From Gammaproteobacteria bacterium (GTDB taxonomy: Bacteria; Pseudomonadota; Gammaproteobacteria; Eutrophobiales; Eutrophobiaceae), in NCBI GenBank assembly GCA_965222155.1, contig CBDCTH010000012.1, positions 1,248,001 through 1,312,000 on the forward strand: a stretch of 64,000 nucleotides of DNA, in the 5' to 3' direction. The notes under the pieces were generated by a model. That model saw only the letters and a list, made by a program, of their open reading frames with translations, made no database searches and was not told the DNA's origin. Below are positions 52,927 through 62,173 of this stretch, piece after piece. Position 1 is the first letter of the stretch. Every line of letters begins with the position of its first letter. Position numbers and translations under genes: made by a program.

Positions 52927-55491
52927 ATGACCATCGATCACATCCATGCCCTGCCGCCCGGCACCCGCTTTGAGGAATACCGGCTGGATGTGGTGCTGGG
53001 GGCCGGAGGCTTCGGGATTACCTACCGGGCGTACGATGCCCACCTGGACGTGCATGTCGCTATCAAGGAGTACCTGCCCGGGGAGTTTGCAACGCGGTCG
53101 GAGGGCAGCACAGTGGTACCCAAATCCAGCACGGACGTCCAGGATTATCAATGGGGCTTGAGCCGCTTCCTGGACGAGGCCCGTACCCTGGCGCGCTTTG
53201 ACCATCCGCACCTGAACAAGGTGCGCCGCTTTTTCGAGGCCAACGGTACGGCCTACATGGTGCTGGAGTACATTCACGGCGAGACCCTGGCTGCCCGACT
53301 GGGCCGCGATGCGCGCTTGCCGGAAGCGGCGTTGCTGCGCCTGCTGGAAGAAATCCTGTCGGGCCTGGCGGTGATACACAAGGCGGGCTACGTGCACCGG
53401 GACATCAAGCCGGGCAACCTGATGTTGCGGGAAGAGGACGGGAGCGCGGTGCTGCTGGACTTCGGCGCCGCCCGCCAGGCGGTGGGCCAGCGATCCAAGT
53501 CGATCACAAGCATCCTGACCCCGGGCTATGCCCCGATAGAGCAGTATGACAGCAAGGCGGACGACGTGGGGCCGTGGAGCGATATCTATGCGTTGGGCAT
53601 GGTGGCCTACAAGTGTATCAGCGGGACGGGTGACGGGGCGTTGCCGGATGCGGTGACGCGAGGCCGGGCACAGCGCAAGGGCGGGGTGGACCTGGCCTCG
53701 GCGGCGGTAGCGGGCAAGGGCCGGTACAGTCCGAAGTTATTGGAAGCGATAGACTGGGCGATTGAGGTGGATGAGGAGGCCCGTCCGCAAGGGGTAGCTG
53801 AGTGGTTGGAAGCATTGGCGGGGGGTAGTAGCAAGCATCGTAAAACCGGCACCGGGCACAAGCCCGCGACCCGGCCTGCAAAGGCCCCGGCGACCGAGCG
53901 CACCGGCATGAGTTGGTCGAGCATGGCGCTGACGGCGGTGATTGTCGTGCTGCTGGGGGCGAGCGCCTGGCAGGGCTGGCGGCTATACCGGGGTATGCCG
54001 GTGGTTACCCCGGATGAAACGACCACCATGGCGGAGTCACAGGATGAATCACAGACAGACAGGGAATCAGACCCACAAACAACAGGGACACCGGTGGACA
54101 CAGGGTCGGACAGTCCGGCGGAGACTGCACCAGTTATGTCCGAAACTGAGCCAGTAGCGTCGGCGGACAGCGCAGCAGCGCAGCAACCGGCGGCGGACCC
54201 GGCCAAGGATGCGCCTGCTGAAGAAGACGAGGTAACCCGGTTGCTGGCGGGGGCTGATGCGGACATCACGGCGTGGCGCTTGACCAGCCCTGTCGGAAAC
54301 AACGCCTGGGAGAAGTATCAACGGGTACTGAGTTTATCGCCGACGCACCCGGCGGCCATGGCGGGGATGGAGCGGGTTATAGGGAGTTATATGGCGTTAT
54401 TCGGGGCGGCGCTGGAGCAGGAGGACTTTGACCAGGCTGACAGTTACCTTGAGCGTATCCGCGCCCTGCACCCGGACTCCCCTGCTCTGTTGACGGGGAA
54501 AAAGCAGTTGGAAGTGGCCAAACAGGCGCGTGCCGAGCGTCTGGCTGAGCAGGAGAGGCAACGTCAGGCGGAGGAAGCGGCGCGCCAGGCGGAACTGGAG
54601 CAGCAACGCATTGCCCGTGCCATTGAGGGACATTGGGAAGCGTTTGAGACTGCAATGCAGCGGGATGGGTGGGATGAGGCGGCGGGTAACCTCAATCAGG
54701 TACGCGACCTGAATCCCGATGAGCCGGGTCTGGCAACAGGGGAGCGGCGTCTGGCAGCGGCGCGGGAGGCCGCCCGGCAGAAGGCGCTGCAATATGTCGG
54801 TGAAATGGTCTCGATACCCGCCGGCACGTTCCGCATGGGGGACATGAGTGGCGATGGTCAGAGTGATGAAAAACCGGTCCACCGCGTAAGGGTGTCGGCC
54901 TTCAATCTGGGCAAGTACGAGGTGACGTTTGCCCAATGGGACGCCTGCGTAGCGGACGGGGGTTGTGGCGGTTACCGGCCGGAGGATTATGGCAGCGGCC
55001 GGGATAATCACCCGGTGATAAACGTCTCCTGGGACTATGTCCAGACGTTCATCTTCTGGTTGAATAAGAAGACCGGCGGTAATTTCCGCTTGCCGAGCGC
55101 GGCGGAGTGGGAGTATGCGGCCCGTGCCGGGAGCAAGACCAAATACTCTTGGGGGAACAGCATCGGCAGCAACCGGGCGAATTGCGACGGTTGCGGCAGT
55201 CGATGGGATGATGACCGGACTGCGCCGGTGGGGAGTTTCTCTGCCAATGCCTGGGGGTTACATGACATGCACGGCAACGTGTGGGAGTGGACAGAGGACT
55301 GCTGGAACGACAGTTACGCGGGGGCGCCGAGTGACGGCCGCGCCTGGGAACTGGGGAACTGCGGCCAGCGTGTGATTCGCGGCGGTTCCTTGTTCCACGG
55401 ACCGGGGGGCCTGCGTTCCGCCTCCCGTGGCTGGAATACCCGCTCGTACCGCGGCTCCTACATCGGCTTCCGCTTGGCCCAGGACAAGTAG
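52927..55491 (+). CDS. Receptor-like Ser/Thr kinase with a C-terminal FGE-sulfatase (CLec-fold) domain, paralog 2; putative DGR target
   Basis: Same architecture and intact catalytic motifs as the 46112 gene. Confidence 0.93.
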   Translation: MTIDHIHALPPGTRFEEYRLDVVLGAGGFGITYRAYDAHLDVHVAIKEYLPGEFATRSEGSTVVPKSSTDVQDYQWGLSRFLDEARTLARFDHPHLNKVRRFFEANGTAYMVLEYIHGETLAARLGRDARLPEAALLRLLEEILSGLAVIHKAGYVHRDIKPGNLMLREEDGSAVLLDFGAARQAVGQRSKSITSILTPGYAPIEQYDSKADDVGPWSDIYALGMVAYKCISGTGDGALPDAVTRGRAQRKGGVDLASAAVAGKGRYSPKLLEAIDWAIEVDEEARPQGVAEWLEALAGGSSKHRKTGTGHKPATRPAKAPATERTGMSWSSMALTAVIVVLLGASAWQGWRLYRGMPVVTPDETTTMAESQDESQTDRESDPQTTGTPVDTGSDSPAETAPVMSETEPVASADSAAAQQPAADPAKDAPAEEDEVTRLLAGADADITAWRLTSPVGNNAWEKYQRVLSLSPTHPAAMAGMERVIGSYMALFGAALEQEDFDQADSYLERIRALHPDSPALLTGKKQLEVAKQARAERLAEQERQRQAEEAARQAELEQQRIARAIEGHWEAFETAMQRDGWDEAAGNLNQVRDLNPDEPGLATGERRLAAAREAARQKALQYVGEMVSIPAGTFRMGDMSGDGQSDEKPVHRVRVSAFNLGKYEVTFAQWDACVADGGCGGYRPEDYGSGRDNHPVINVSWDYVQTFIFWLNKKTGGNFRLPSAAEWEYAARAGSKTKYSWGNSIGSNRANCDGCGSRWDDDRTAPVGSFSANAWGLHDMHGNVWEWTEDCWNDSYAGAPSDGRAWELGNCGQRVIRGGSLFHGPGGLRSASRGWNTRSYRGSYIGFRLAQDK
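55367..55460 (+). other. Putative DGR variable region VR2
   Basis: Aligned with VR1; encodes QRVIRGGSLFHGPGGLRSASRGWNTRSYRGSY. Confidence 0.85.
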
Positions 55492-55570
55492 ACCGAAGGC
55501 ATTATGCCAACTATCTGTACGAAACTTTCTATCAGGATTCCCTTTAAACTTTTCACTTTTTCCCTTTTCT

Positions 55571-55591
55571 GCCCGGCGCACAGCGCCGGGC
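55571..55591. other. GC-rich hairpin downstream of VR2
   Basis: GCCCGGCGC-ACA-GCGCCGGGC. Confidence 0.7.
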
Positions 55592-55794
55592 TGCGATTTT
55601 TTCAGGAGTTACCCATACAAATTCCTGCACCGACCTGAAATTCCCTCATATTTTCCAATTCACGTAACTTAACTAGAAAAAGTCCACCACAACCGCGACT
55701 CATTTCTAAAACCGTATTTCTAAAACCGTATTACTTATAGACAAACCCCCCATACTTGATTAGCATAAGTCACAAGGAGGGGCTACCGTAAACG

Positions 55795-56256
55795 TTGATC
55801 CCGTTACAAAGCGTCAGTCTGACATTCTCATGCGAACGCCAACCGTCCATGTCCAGGATTCGTTGTTATATCGTCGGGCGTGACCCCTCCGCATCCATCG
55901 TCCTGCAGCATGAGACGGTGTCGCGCAGGCATGCAGAACTGATTCCCGTGTCCGGCGGGCAGGTATACGTGACGGACTGCGCCAGCACCTGCGGGACTTT
56001 TATCGATAAAGGCGGCCGTTGGGAGAAAGTCAGCCAGGATTTCGTCAGCGCCGGAGGCAGGGTACGCTTCGGCGACGTAGAGGTTAGCGTGCAGAGTTTG
56101 CTGGCCGATATTGCCCGCCTGCCTGCCGGCGATGGAGCGGCTCCCGGCGGTTCGGCAGATCCCGGGGGTTCCCCAGGTGTTGATAAGAAGAAACAGGTGG
56201 ATGCCAGCCACGGGGTCGTGCGCGACCCCGACACGGGGGAGCCGATCGCCATGTGA
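55795..56256 (+). CDS. FHA-domain protein (start probably 55849)
   Basis: VGR, VSRRHAEL and D..S..GTF. Confidence 0.88.
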   Translation: MIPLQSVSLTFSCERQPSMSRIRCYIVGRDPSASIVLQHETVSRRHAELIPVSGGQVYVTDCASTCGTFIDKGGRWEKVSQDFVSAGGRVRFGDVEVSVQSLLADIARLPAGDGAAPGGSADPGGSPGVDKKKQVDASHGVVRDPDTGEPIAM

Positions 56257-56271
56257 TCGGATTGACAGACC

Positions 56272-57075
56272 ATGAACCAGAGAATGACGATATTCACAGG
56301 CGCACTGGGCGCAGGCGTAGTCTTCATCGGCGTGCTCAGCCTGTTCCTGTCTGAAGGCTTTTTCGCCGATTTCCTGCTGGACAGGAATTCAAAGTTCATG
56401 CCGTATCCGGTCACCATACAGAATATCATGTGGCTGGTATTCTTCATCGGGGCAGGAGAACTGTTGTTGCGCTACCTGCAAACAGACCGGGAAATAAGTC
56501 AGATCCGCCTGGGACTCCTGCCGGAGGACAGCACGACCTTGTTGCGCAAGCAGGACCTTGGCGGCGTATATCAGCGCGTCAAGGAGACCATGTATCCGGC
56601 ACCGGGCGAGGTAGGCACGTTCGGGCGCAGCAAGGGTGCGGCTGATGATTCCTATTTCCTGCAACGCCTGTTGTCCCGTTGTATCCTCCAGTTCCAGGTC
56701 AGCGGAGCCATCGACAAGGCGAACAACATGTTCAACTCCAGCCTGGAACTGTTCCAGCACGAGGTCGAACTGAGATACAACGCCATACGCTATATCGTCT
56801 GGCTGATCCCAACCCTGGGTTTTATCGGCACCGTCGTCGGCATCGCGCTGGCGCTCAGTGACGCAGGCAGCGTCGAGAACTACCAGGACCCCACTCTGCT
56901 TAAACAGCTCACGCAGAGTCTCGGCGTCGCCTTTTTTACCACCCTGCTGGCACTGTTGCAGTCCGCTGTGCTGATGTTCGCGCTGCATGTCGTCCAGGGT
57001 CAGGAGGAAGCATCGCTGAACAGGATTGGACAGTATTGCCTGGATAACCTGATTAACCGGTTGTATGAGACCTGA
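56272..57075 (+). CDS. MotA/TolQ/ExbB proton-channel family protein
   Basis: IPTLGFIGTVVGI and LGVAFFTTLLAL transmembrane motifs. Confidence 0.9.
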   Translation: MNQRMTIFTGALGAGVVFIGVLSLFLSEGFFADFLLDRNSKFMPYPVTIQNIMWLVFFIGAGELLLRYLQTDREISQIRLGLLPEDSTTLLRKQDLGGVYQRVKETMYPAPGEVGTFGRSKGAADDSYFLQRLLSRCILQFQVSGAIDKANNMFNSSLELFQHEVELRYNAIRYIVWLIPTLGFIGTVVGIALALSDAGSVENYQDPTLLKQLTQSLGVAFFTTLLALLQSAVLMFALHVVQGQEEASLNRIGQYCLDNLINRLYET

Positions 57076-57181
57076 TGCGCGGCGCTTGTGAATTCCGCCG
57101 ACCGGACGGGCCTGTAATTTGAATACGCCGTGTTTGTCTGTTAAATTTTAATGCACTGAAAACTGCGAAGGGGAGAAAATC

Positions 57182-57844
57182 ATGCCGGTAAAACGCGACG
57201 CGGACGGGAATATCATCGAGGAAAAGACAAGAATCGCCGGGGGGTTCGATCAGGTTTCACCGACGTTAGCGGGGCAATCACCCGTTGGCGCCACGGTCGG
57301 TCCCGGCAAAAACCCCCAGTCCGATCCTGGCCGGCAATCGGGTTATGAGGCCCAGACGGTCCTGGCAGGCTCAACCCGCGCCGCCGGTGGGGAAGCCAAG
57401 ACCAGGATATACCGGCCCGGCAGGACGGAGCGGGGGCAGCCGGGGACGACGTTGTCAAGTACGGATACTGAGGATTCGCCGTCCGCTGCCATGGACGACC
57501 CGCCGGTAGGGTGGCTGGTTGTCATCAAGGGGCCGGGACAGGGGAATTTCATGGCCGTCGGCAACGGTTCGAATTCGGTCGGACGCGATGAGGGCGAGCG
57601 CGTCCGTGTAGATTTTGGCGACGAGATGATCTCCCGTAGCGGCCATTCGGCGATTACCTACGACCCCAGGGGCAAGAAGTTTTACCTGCAACACGGCGCT
57701 GGAAAAAATCTGACTTACCTGGAGGGCAATCCGGTCCTGTCGCCGACGGAACTGTCCAGATTCTCCCGGATCACCATAGGGAACACCGAATTACTGTTCG
57801 TCCCGCTCTGCTGCGAACAGTTCGACTGGGATGAATATACGTAA
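57182..57844 (+). CDS. FHA-domain protein with a Thr-containing disordered N-terminus
   Basis: VGWLVVIKGPGQG, VGR, D..ISR..H..I.YDP and NLTYL. Confidence 0.88.
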   Translation: MPVKRDADGNIIEEKTRIAGGFDQVSPTLAGQSPVGATVGPGKNPQSDPGRQSGYEAQTVLAGSTRAAGGEAKTRIYRPGRTERGQPGTTLSSTDTEDSPSAAMDDPPVGWLVVIKGPGQGNFMAVGNGSNSVGRDEGERVRVDFGDEMISRSGHSAITYDPRGKKFYLQHGAGKNLTYLEGNPVLSPTELSRFSRITIGNTELLFVPLCCEQFDWDEYT

Positions 57845-57853
57845 CAGGTCATT

Positions 57854-58837
57854 ATGAATGCCGTCAAGCAGTGGGTGGCAGGGGAGCAAATCCAGGGGGA
57901 CCGAAATTACCAGGAAGACGATTTCTCGATTCGCCTTCTGTTTCAAGACCGGGACTCTCTGGATGAGGACCAGCTGCTGCTCGTGCTGGCCGACGGCATG
58001 GGCGGCCATGCCGGCGGCGCCGTTGCCAGCAAGACGGTAGTCCAGGCTTTCCAGGAGGGCTTCTACCGGAATGCGTCCGGCATCGCAGAACGCTTCAATG
58101 CCGGCATTGAAACCGCCAACAACGCCGTTAAGGAAAAGCAACTAGCCGACCTGAACCTGTCCGAAATGGGCTGCACCCTGGTCGCCGCATTGGTTGTCGG
58201 GTCGAGTCTTTACTGGACCAGTGTCGGCGACTCCATACTGTGGCTGTTCAGGCAGAACCGCCTGCAGCGGCTGAATGCGGATCATTCCATGAAGCCCCTG
58301 CTACTGGACCTGGTTGAGTTGGGTAGGATGACCGAAGAAGAGGCCTTGAGCGATTCCAGGATCAACCAGTTGCGCTCGGCCATCTTTGGCGAGGAGGTCC
58401 CGTTAATCGACATGAACGCGGACGGTTTCCAGTTGGAAGCCGGCGATCTGATTTTGCTGGCCACTGATGGCCTTGAAACCCTGTCGGAGGAAGGAATGGC
58501 GGATGTCATCAAGGCAGGCGCAAACGATGCCGATGAGATAGTGAACGCCCTGCTTGACGCCGTCGCCATGGCGGGCGTGCGCGGACAGGACAACACCACG
58601 GCGCTGGTGTACCGGGTTGGTGAGGGGAATGATTCACTGCACGGCGCGCTGGCTGGTATAAGCGCAACTGGCCAGGGAGCCGGTTTCGAGCAACAGATTA
58701 AACCCTCCCGGACATGCGAGATTCGTCCTGAACAGGATGGAGAAGCTCCGGAAAAGCGACCGGGGATTTTCGCCAGAATTATGCACGCCTTTTCGGGTAA
58801 GCCTGCGCAGGAAAACACACGGGGAAAAACGCAATGA
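57854..58837 (+). CDS. PP2C-family Ser/Thr phosphatase
   Basis: R.YQED, ADGMGGH, MGCT, VGDS, DHS, ATDGL and QDNTT. Confidence 0.95.
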   Translation: MNAVKQWVAGEQIQGDRNYQEDDFSIRLLFQDRDSLDEDQLLLVLADGMGGHAGGAVASKTVVQAFQEGFYRNASGIAERFNAGIETANNAVKEKQLADLNLSEMGCTLVAALVVGSSLYWTSVGDSILWLFRQNRLQRLNADHSMKPLLLDLVELGRMTEEEALSDSRINQLRSAIFGEEVPLIDMNADGFQLEAGDLILLATDGLETLSEEGMADVIKAGANDADEIVNALLDAVAMAGVRGQDNTTALVYRVGEGNDSLHGALAGISATGQGAGFEQQIKPSRTCEIRPEQDGEAPEKRPGIFARIMHAFSGKPAQENTRGKTQ

Positions 58838-60921
58838 TAGCAATGCGACCAATATTATGGTGCGCGATCCTGCTGTATCTGCCGGTCGGTATCAGCCAGA
58901 CACCAGACGCCGGGTCTGAGTCTCCGGCGGAGACGCAGAATGCCCCAGCGACCGCGGAAGGGACAGGGGAAACAGCCGGCGCTGTCACCGGTACCACGAG
59001 TACCACCGTTACTCCACCCGCTGATGTCACCACACCTCCTCCTGGAGACACACCTGATCCGGCCACGGCGCCTGCTGCCACCCCGGAAACCTCTGCTGAT
59101 GCAACACCGGCCGCTCCACAAGCAGGTGCTGCTGCGCTCGCAACTGCACCCCCTGACCCGGCGGAAGAAATTGCGGCACCCGCAGATGCGCCTGCCACTC
59201 CAGCTGACGCCTCACCTGCGCCTGCCGCAGCAGTCACAGACGCCGTTGTCGAGTCGCCAGAGACTGCCGAGGTGACCACGGACACCGCTGCCGAAGCGTC
59301 CGCGGCACCAGGGAGCCCTGCGCAGGCCCCCGCCTCCTCACCGGATACGGCCGCGGCAACTGTCGCTGCACCTGCAACGCAGGTTCCCGCAACCGTCGAT
59401 TTCAGCGCAGTTCGACCCTACCTGGTCGTCGTGAAAGACGGGATGGATGCCGCCGCCCGCCAGACGCCGGGATTCAGCATCAGCGATCAGGGACATATCC
59501 TGACATACTCGGGCGAATTACGCGCCCGGGATTCTTATCTTGTCTCGATTGCCGACGGCCAGATCTTTACTGCGGCGCTGCTTGATAAAGATAAAGAAAC
59601 CGGTCTCATGCTGGTCAGGATTGCCGAAGGCGGTCACGGCCTCGGCGCCTTGAAGTTTGCGAGAACAGCGCTTGAAGCCGCGGCGCCGCTGTATGCAGTC
59701 AAATTCGACCCGGCGCAGGCAGAGCCGTTCATGCCTGTTGCCGGCACGGTCTCACGGCTGCCCGACATTGATGAGGATATCCCGTCGATCGTGCATAACG
59801 CCTTGTTCAATACGGCGGCGGCCGGGACGCCGTTGTTTAACCGGTGTTACCAGATGGTGGGGGTCAACGTGCTGCAAAAAGAGGGGTTTTCGTCGAAAAC
59901 CATCGATCCCGAGAAACAGGGCAGCGCGAGTTCCCTTGCGGCCTACCCGTTGAGTGTGTTCCTGGCTGCGGCAAACCTCACCCTGCCCATTAGTGAGGCT
60001 GAGTGCCTGAGTGTGGAAGAGGAAGCGCGGCTGCGACTGGAACTGGCCCAGCGGGAAAAAGAGGCTGCCCTGCAGGCAGAGCGGGAAAGCGCCGAAGCCC
60101 GGGCCAGGGTCGTTACGGAGGAAGCGCAACGCAGAGAAGCGGAATTGAGCAGGGAGAGGGAGGCGGCGCAGCAGCAGGTCGAGCAGGCGCACCGGGAGAG
60201 AGAGGCAGCCCTGCAAGCGGAGCGGCAGCAGGTCGAGGCCGAGAAACGCCGGCTCGAAGAAGAAGCGCAACAACGCCTTGAACAGGCGCAGCAGGAAAAA
60301 GAACAGGCCCTGCAGGCGCAACAGCAGGAGAAAGAGCAAGCCCTGCAGGCAGAGAGGCAGGAGACCGAACAGGCCAGGCAGGAAGCCAGGCAGGCAACGC
60401 ACATGGGGAAACAAATCCTGCAATTTTCCCTGATGGTCGGCCTCGCCCTGCTGCTTGTCTTCTTTCTTGTCATACGCGCCAGGCGTAAACGTTTGCAAGG
60501 CGTAGAGCAGGAAAAACAGCAGATTGCCCATGCCCTGGACAAGGCCCAGGCCGATTTGTCCGACGCCTCCGAACGGGAACAGTTGCGCGCCGTCGCCCCC
60601 GATGTCTTTATCGAGGGTATCACGCCGCAAAATGAGCTGATTGCCCTGAAAATCCCTGGCGCCTCACTGGTAGAACCCTCGGGTGCCACGGTAGGCAGGA
60701 GCCCTGTCGAATCGGCGTTCGTCATCAATCACGAACAGGTTTCACGCCGCCATTTCCGCCTCTTGCTGGTTTCCGGGCAAGTCATGATCGAAGACCTGGG
60801 TTCCACGAACGGGACCGTTGTAAACGGCGTGCCCCTCAATCCCGGCGCCCGGCAAGCACTGGGCAACGGCAGCCGCCTTGGTACCGGCCACCTGGCGTTT
60901 ACGGTGCGTTTAGGTCCTTGA
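58834..60921 (+). CDS. Membrane protein: signal peptide, Pro/Ala/Thr linker, degenerate trypsin-like domain, coiled coil, TM helix, FHA
   Basis: GF.ISDQGHILT and GTPLFNRC..MVGVN trypsin-like frame; TM segment FSLMVGLALLLVFFLVI; VGR, VSRRH and DLGSTNGT. Confidence 0.8.
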   Translation: MIAMRPILWCAILLYLPVGISQTPDAGSESPAETQNAPATAEGTGETAGAVTGTTSTTVTPPADVTTPPPGDTPDPATAPAATPETSADATPAAPQAGAAALATAPPDPAEEIAAPADAPATPADASPAPAAAVTDAVVESPETAEVTTDTAAEASAAPGSPAQAPASSPDTAAATVAAPATQVPATVDFSAVRPYLVVVKDGMDAAARQTPGFSISDQGHILTYSGELRARDSYLVSIADGQIFTAALLDKDKETGLMLVRIAEGGHGLGALKFARTALEAAAPLYAVKFDPAQAEPFMPVAGTVSRLPDIDEDIPSIVHNALFNTAAAGTPLFNRCYQMVGVNVLQKEGFSSKTIDPEKQGSASSLAAYPLSVFLAAANLTLPISEAECLSVEEEARLRLELAQREKEAALQAERESAEARARVVTEEAQRREAELSREREAAQQQVEQAHREREAALQAERQQVEAEKRRLEEEAQQRLEQAQQEKEQALQAQQQEKEQALQAERQETEQARQEARQATHMGKQILQFSLMVGLALLLVFFLVIRARRKRLQGVEQEKQQIAHALDKAQADLSDASEREQLRAVAPDVFIEGITPQNELIALKIPGASLVEPSGATVGRSPVESAFVINHEQVSRRHFRLLLVSGQVMIEDLGSTNGTVVNGVPLNPGARQALGNGSRLGTGHLAFTVRLGP

Positions 60922-62160
60922 ATGAACCGTCCCTTGTTACACTGGGTGATAATTCTAGGCCTCTGCGGCCTAAACAACGGAGCCCGCGCCGATTTTGTTG
61001 GCCGATCAGGGAGCGCAATGCCGCACTTCATTGACGGGTGGGCTCATATAGCGGCAACCCCGGGCCGGAACTTGCCAGGGGTTGACTGGATGGATTATAT
61101 CCCGGCCATCGTTGATATATTGCCCGATGTAGTCGATCTTTTCGATCGACCTCCCAAGGACAAGGAAGAACAGTATAGAGAGGAGCAGGAAGCGCAACAG
61201 GAACAGGATGCGGCGCAACAGGAACAGGATGCGGCGCAACGGGAACGCCAGCGGGCACAGCAGGCCGAGCAGGAAGCGCAACGGCAGCGGGAAGCGGCGC
61301 AACGGGAACGCCAGCGGGCACAGCGGGCTGAGCAGGAAGCGCAACGGCAGCGGGAAGCGGTGCATCAGTCGAGGGAAATGGCGGAAGAAGCCAGGGGCGC
61401 GGCAGAGGAAGCGAAAGGAACTGCCCGGGAGGCGAAAGGAATCGCACAAGATGCAAAAGGCGTGGCCCAGGAAGCCAGAGGTGCGGCGCAAGAGGCTAAG
61501 GGAATTTCGCAGGAGGCGAAAGGTGAGGCGCAGGCGGCAAAGGGTACGGCGGAAGAAGCCAGGGGCGTGGCGCACGAGGCGAAAGGCACGGCGGAGCAGG
61601 CACGAGGCACTGCGGTTGAAGCCCAGAGACAGGTTGAGGTAGCGCACGTACGCGTGGGCCAGCAAAACACGTTTGTGGCTCTGCTGGCCCTGTTGACCCT
61701 GCTGGCCCTGATCCTGGCCCTGAGAAAGCCCAGGCAGGCCATCGTCCGGGCTGCCGGGCACGCGATGGAACCATTGAGTCGGCGCTTCAAGCCAGCAGCA
61801 CACAAGCTGGCTCCCGGCGCAGGTCACGCCGGAACTGCAAACGTTGTACTCACGGGATTTAACAACAAAGGCAGGCCGGTCAATGTTCCGCTGCCGGAGT
61901 CGGAACTGGACCCGAAACTGGGCGGTTTCACCCTGGGACGCCATCACCTGCTGGTTGATAAGGTGCTGGACGATGATCGGGTATCGAAGCGACATGCCAG
62001 GTTCTCCCATAACGGGTGCGGTTATTTTGTCGAAGATCTCAATTCAAGGAACGGTACCGTCATTAACGGCACCCAGCCGTGCGCGCCCTTCAAACCGATA
62101 CAAATCAGATCCGGCGATACGGTGCGACTCGGTGGCATGGAGTTGATCGTGTCCGCCTGA
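60922..62160 (+). CDS. Membrane protein: signal peptide, repetitive coiled coil, TM helix, FHA
   Basis: A.EAKG heptad repeats; TM segment FVALLALLTLLALILAL; LGR, VSKRHA and DLNSRNGT. Confidence 0.82.
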   Translation: MNRPLLHWVIILGLCGLNNGARADFVGRSGSAMPHFIDGWAHIAATPGRNLPGVDWMDYIPAIVDILPDVVDLFDRPPKDKEEQYREEQEAQQEQDAAQQEQDAAQRERQRAQQAEQEAQRQREAAQRERQRAQRAEQEAQRQREAVHQSREMAEEARGAAEEAKGTAREAKGIAQDAKGVAQEARGAAQEAKGISQEAKGEAQAAKGTAEEARGVAHEAKGTAEQARGTAVEAQRQVEVAHVRVGQQNTFVALLALLTLLALILALRKPRQAIVRAAGHAMEPLSRRFKPAAHKLAPGAGHAGTANVVLTGFNNKGRPVNVPLPESELDPKLGGFTLGRHHLLVDKVLDDDRVSKRHARFSHNGCGYFVEDLNSRNGTVINGTQPCAPFKPIQIRSGDTVRLGGMELIVSA

Positions 62161-62173
62161 TGCAGGAGAACCT

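Noticed and set aside
48681-55460. One kinase copy serving as the template repeat for the other
   Set aside because: Neither copy has A at all variable sites (for example CTC/GGC, GAC/CAC, GAC/TAC), and both are coding, so both look like products of a third sequence.
55702-55732. 14-bp tandem ATTTCTAAAACCGT as an operator of the FHA operon
   Set aside because: There are only two copies, and similar short duplications occur at about 5603 and 29191, so slippage is an equally good explanation.
59752-62010. Long antisense ORFs (59752-60630, 59943-60728, 61006-62010) and similar shadow ORFs elsewhere
   Set aside because: They mirror repetitive GC-rich sense genes and show no recognisable motifs.
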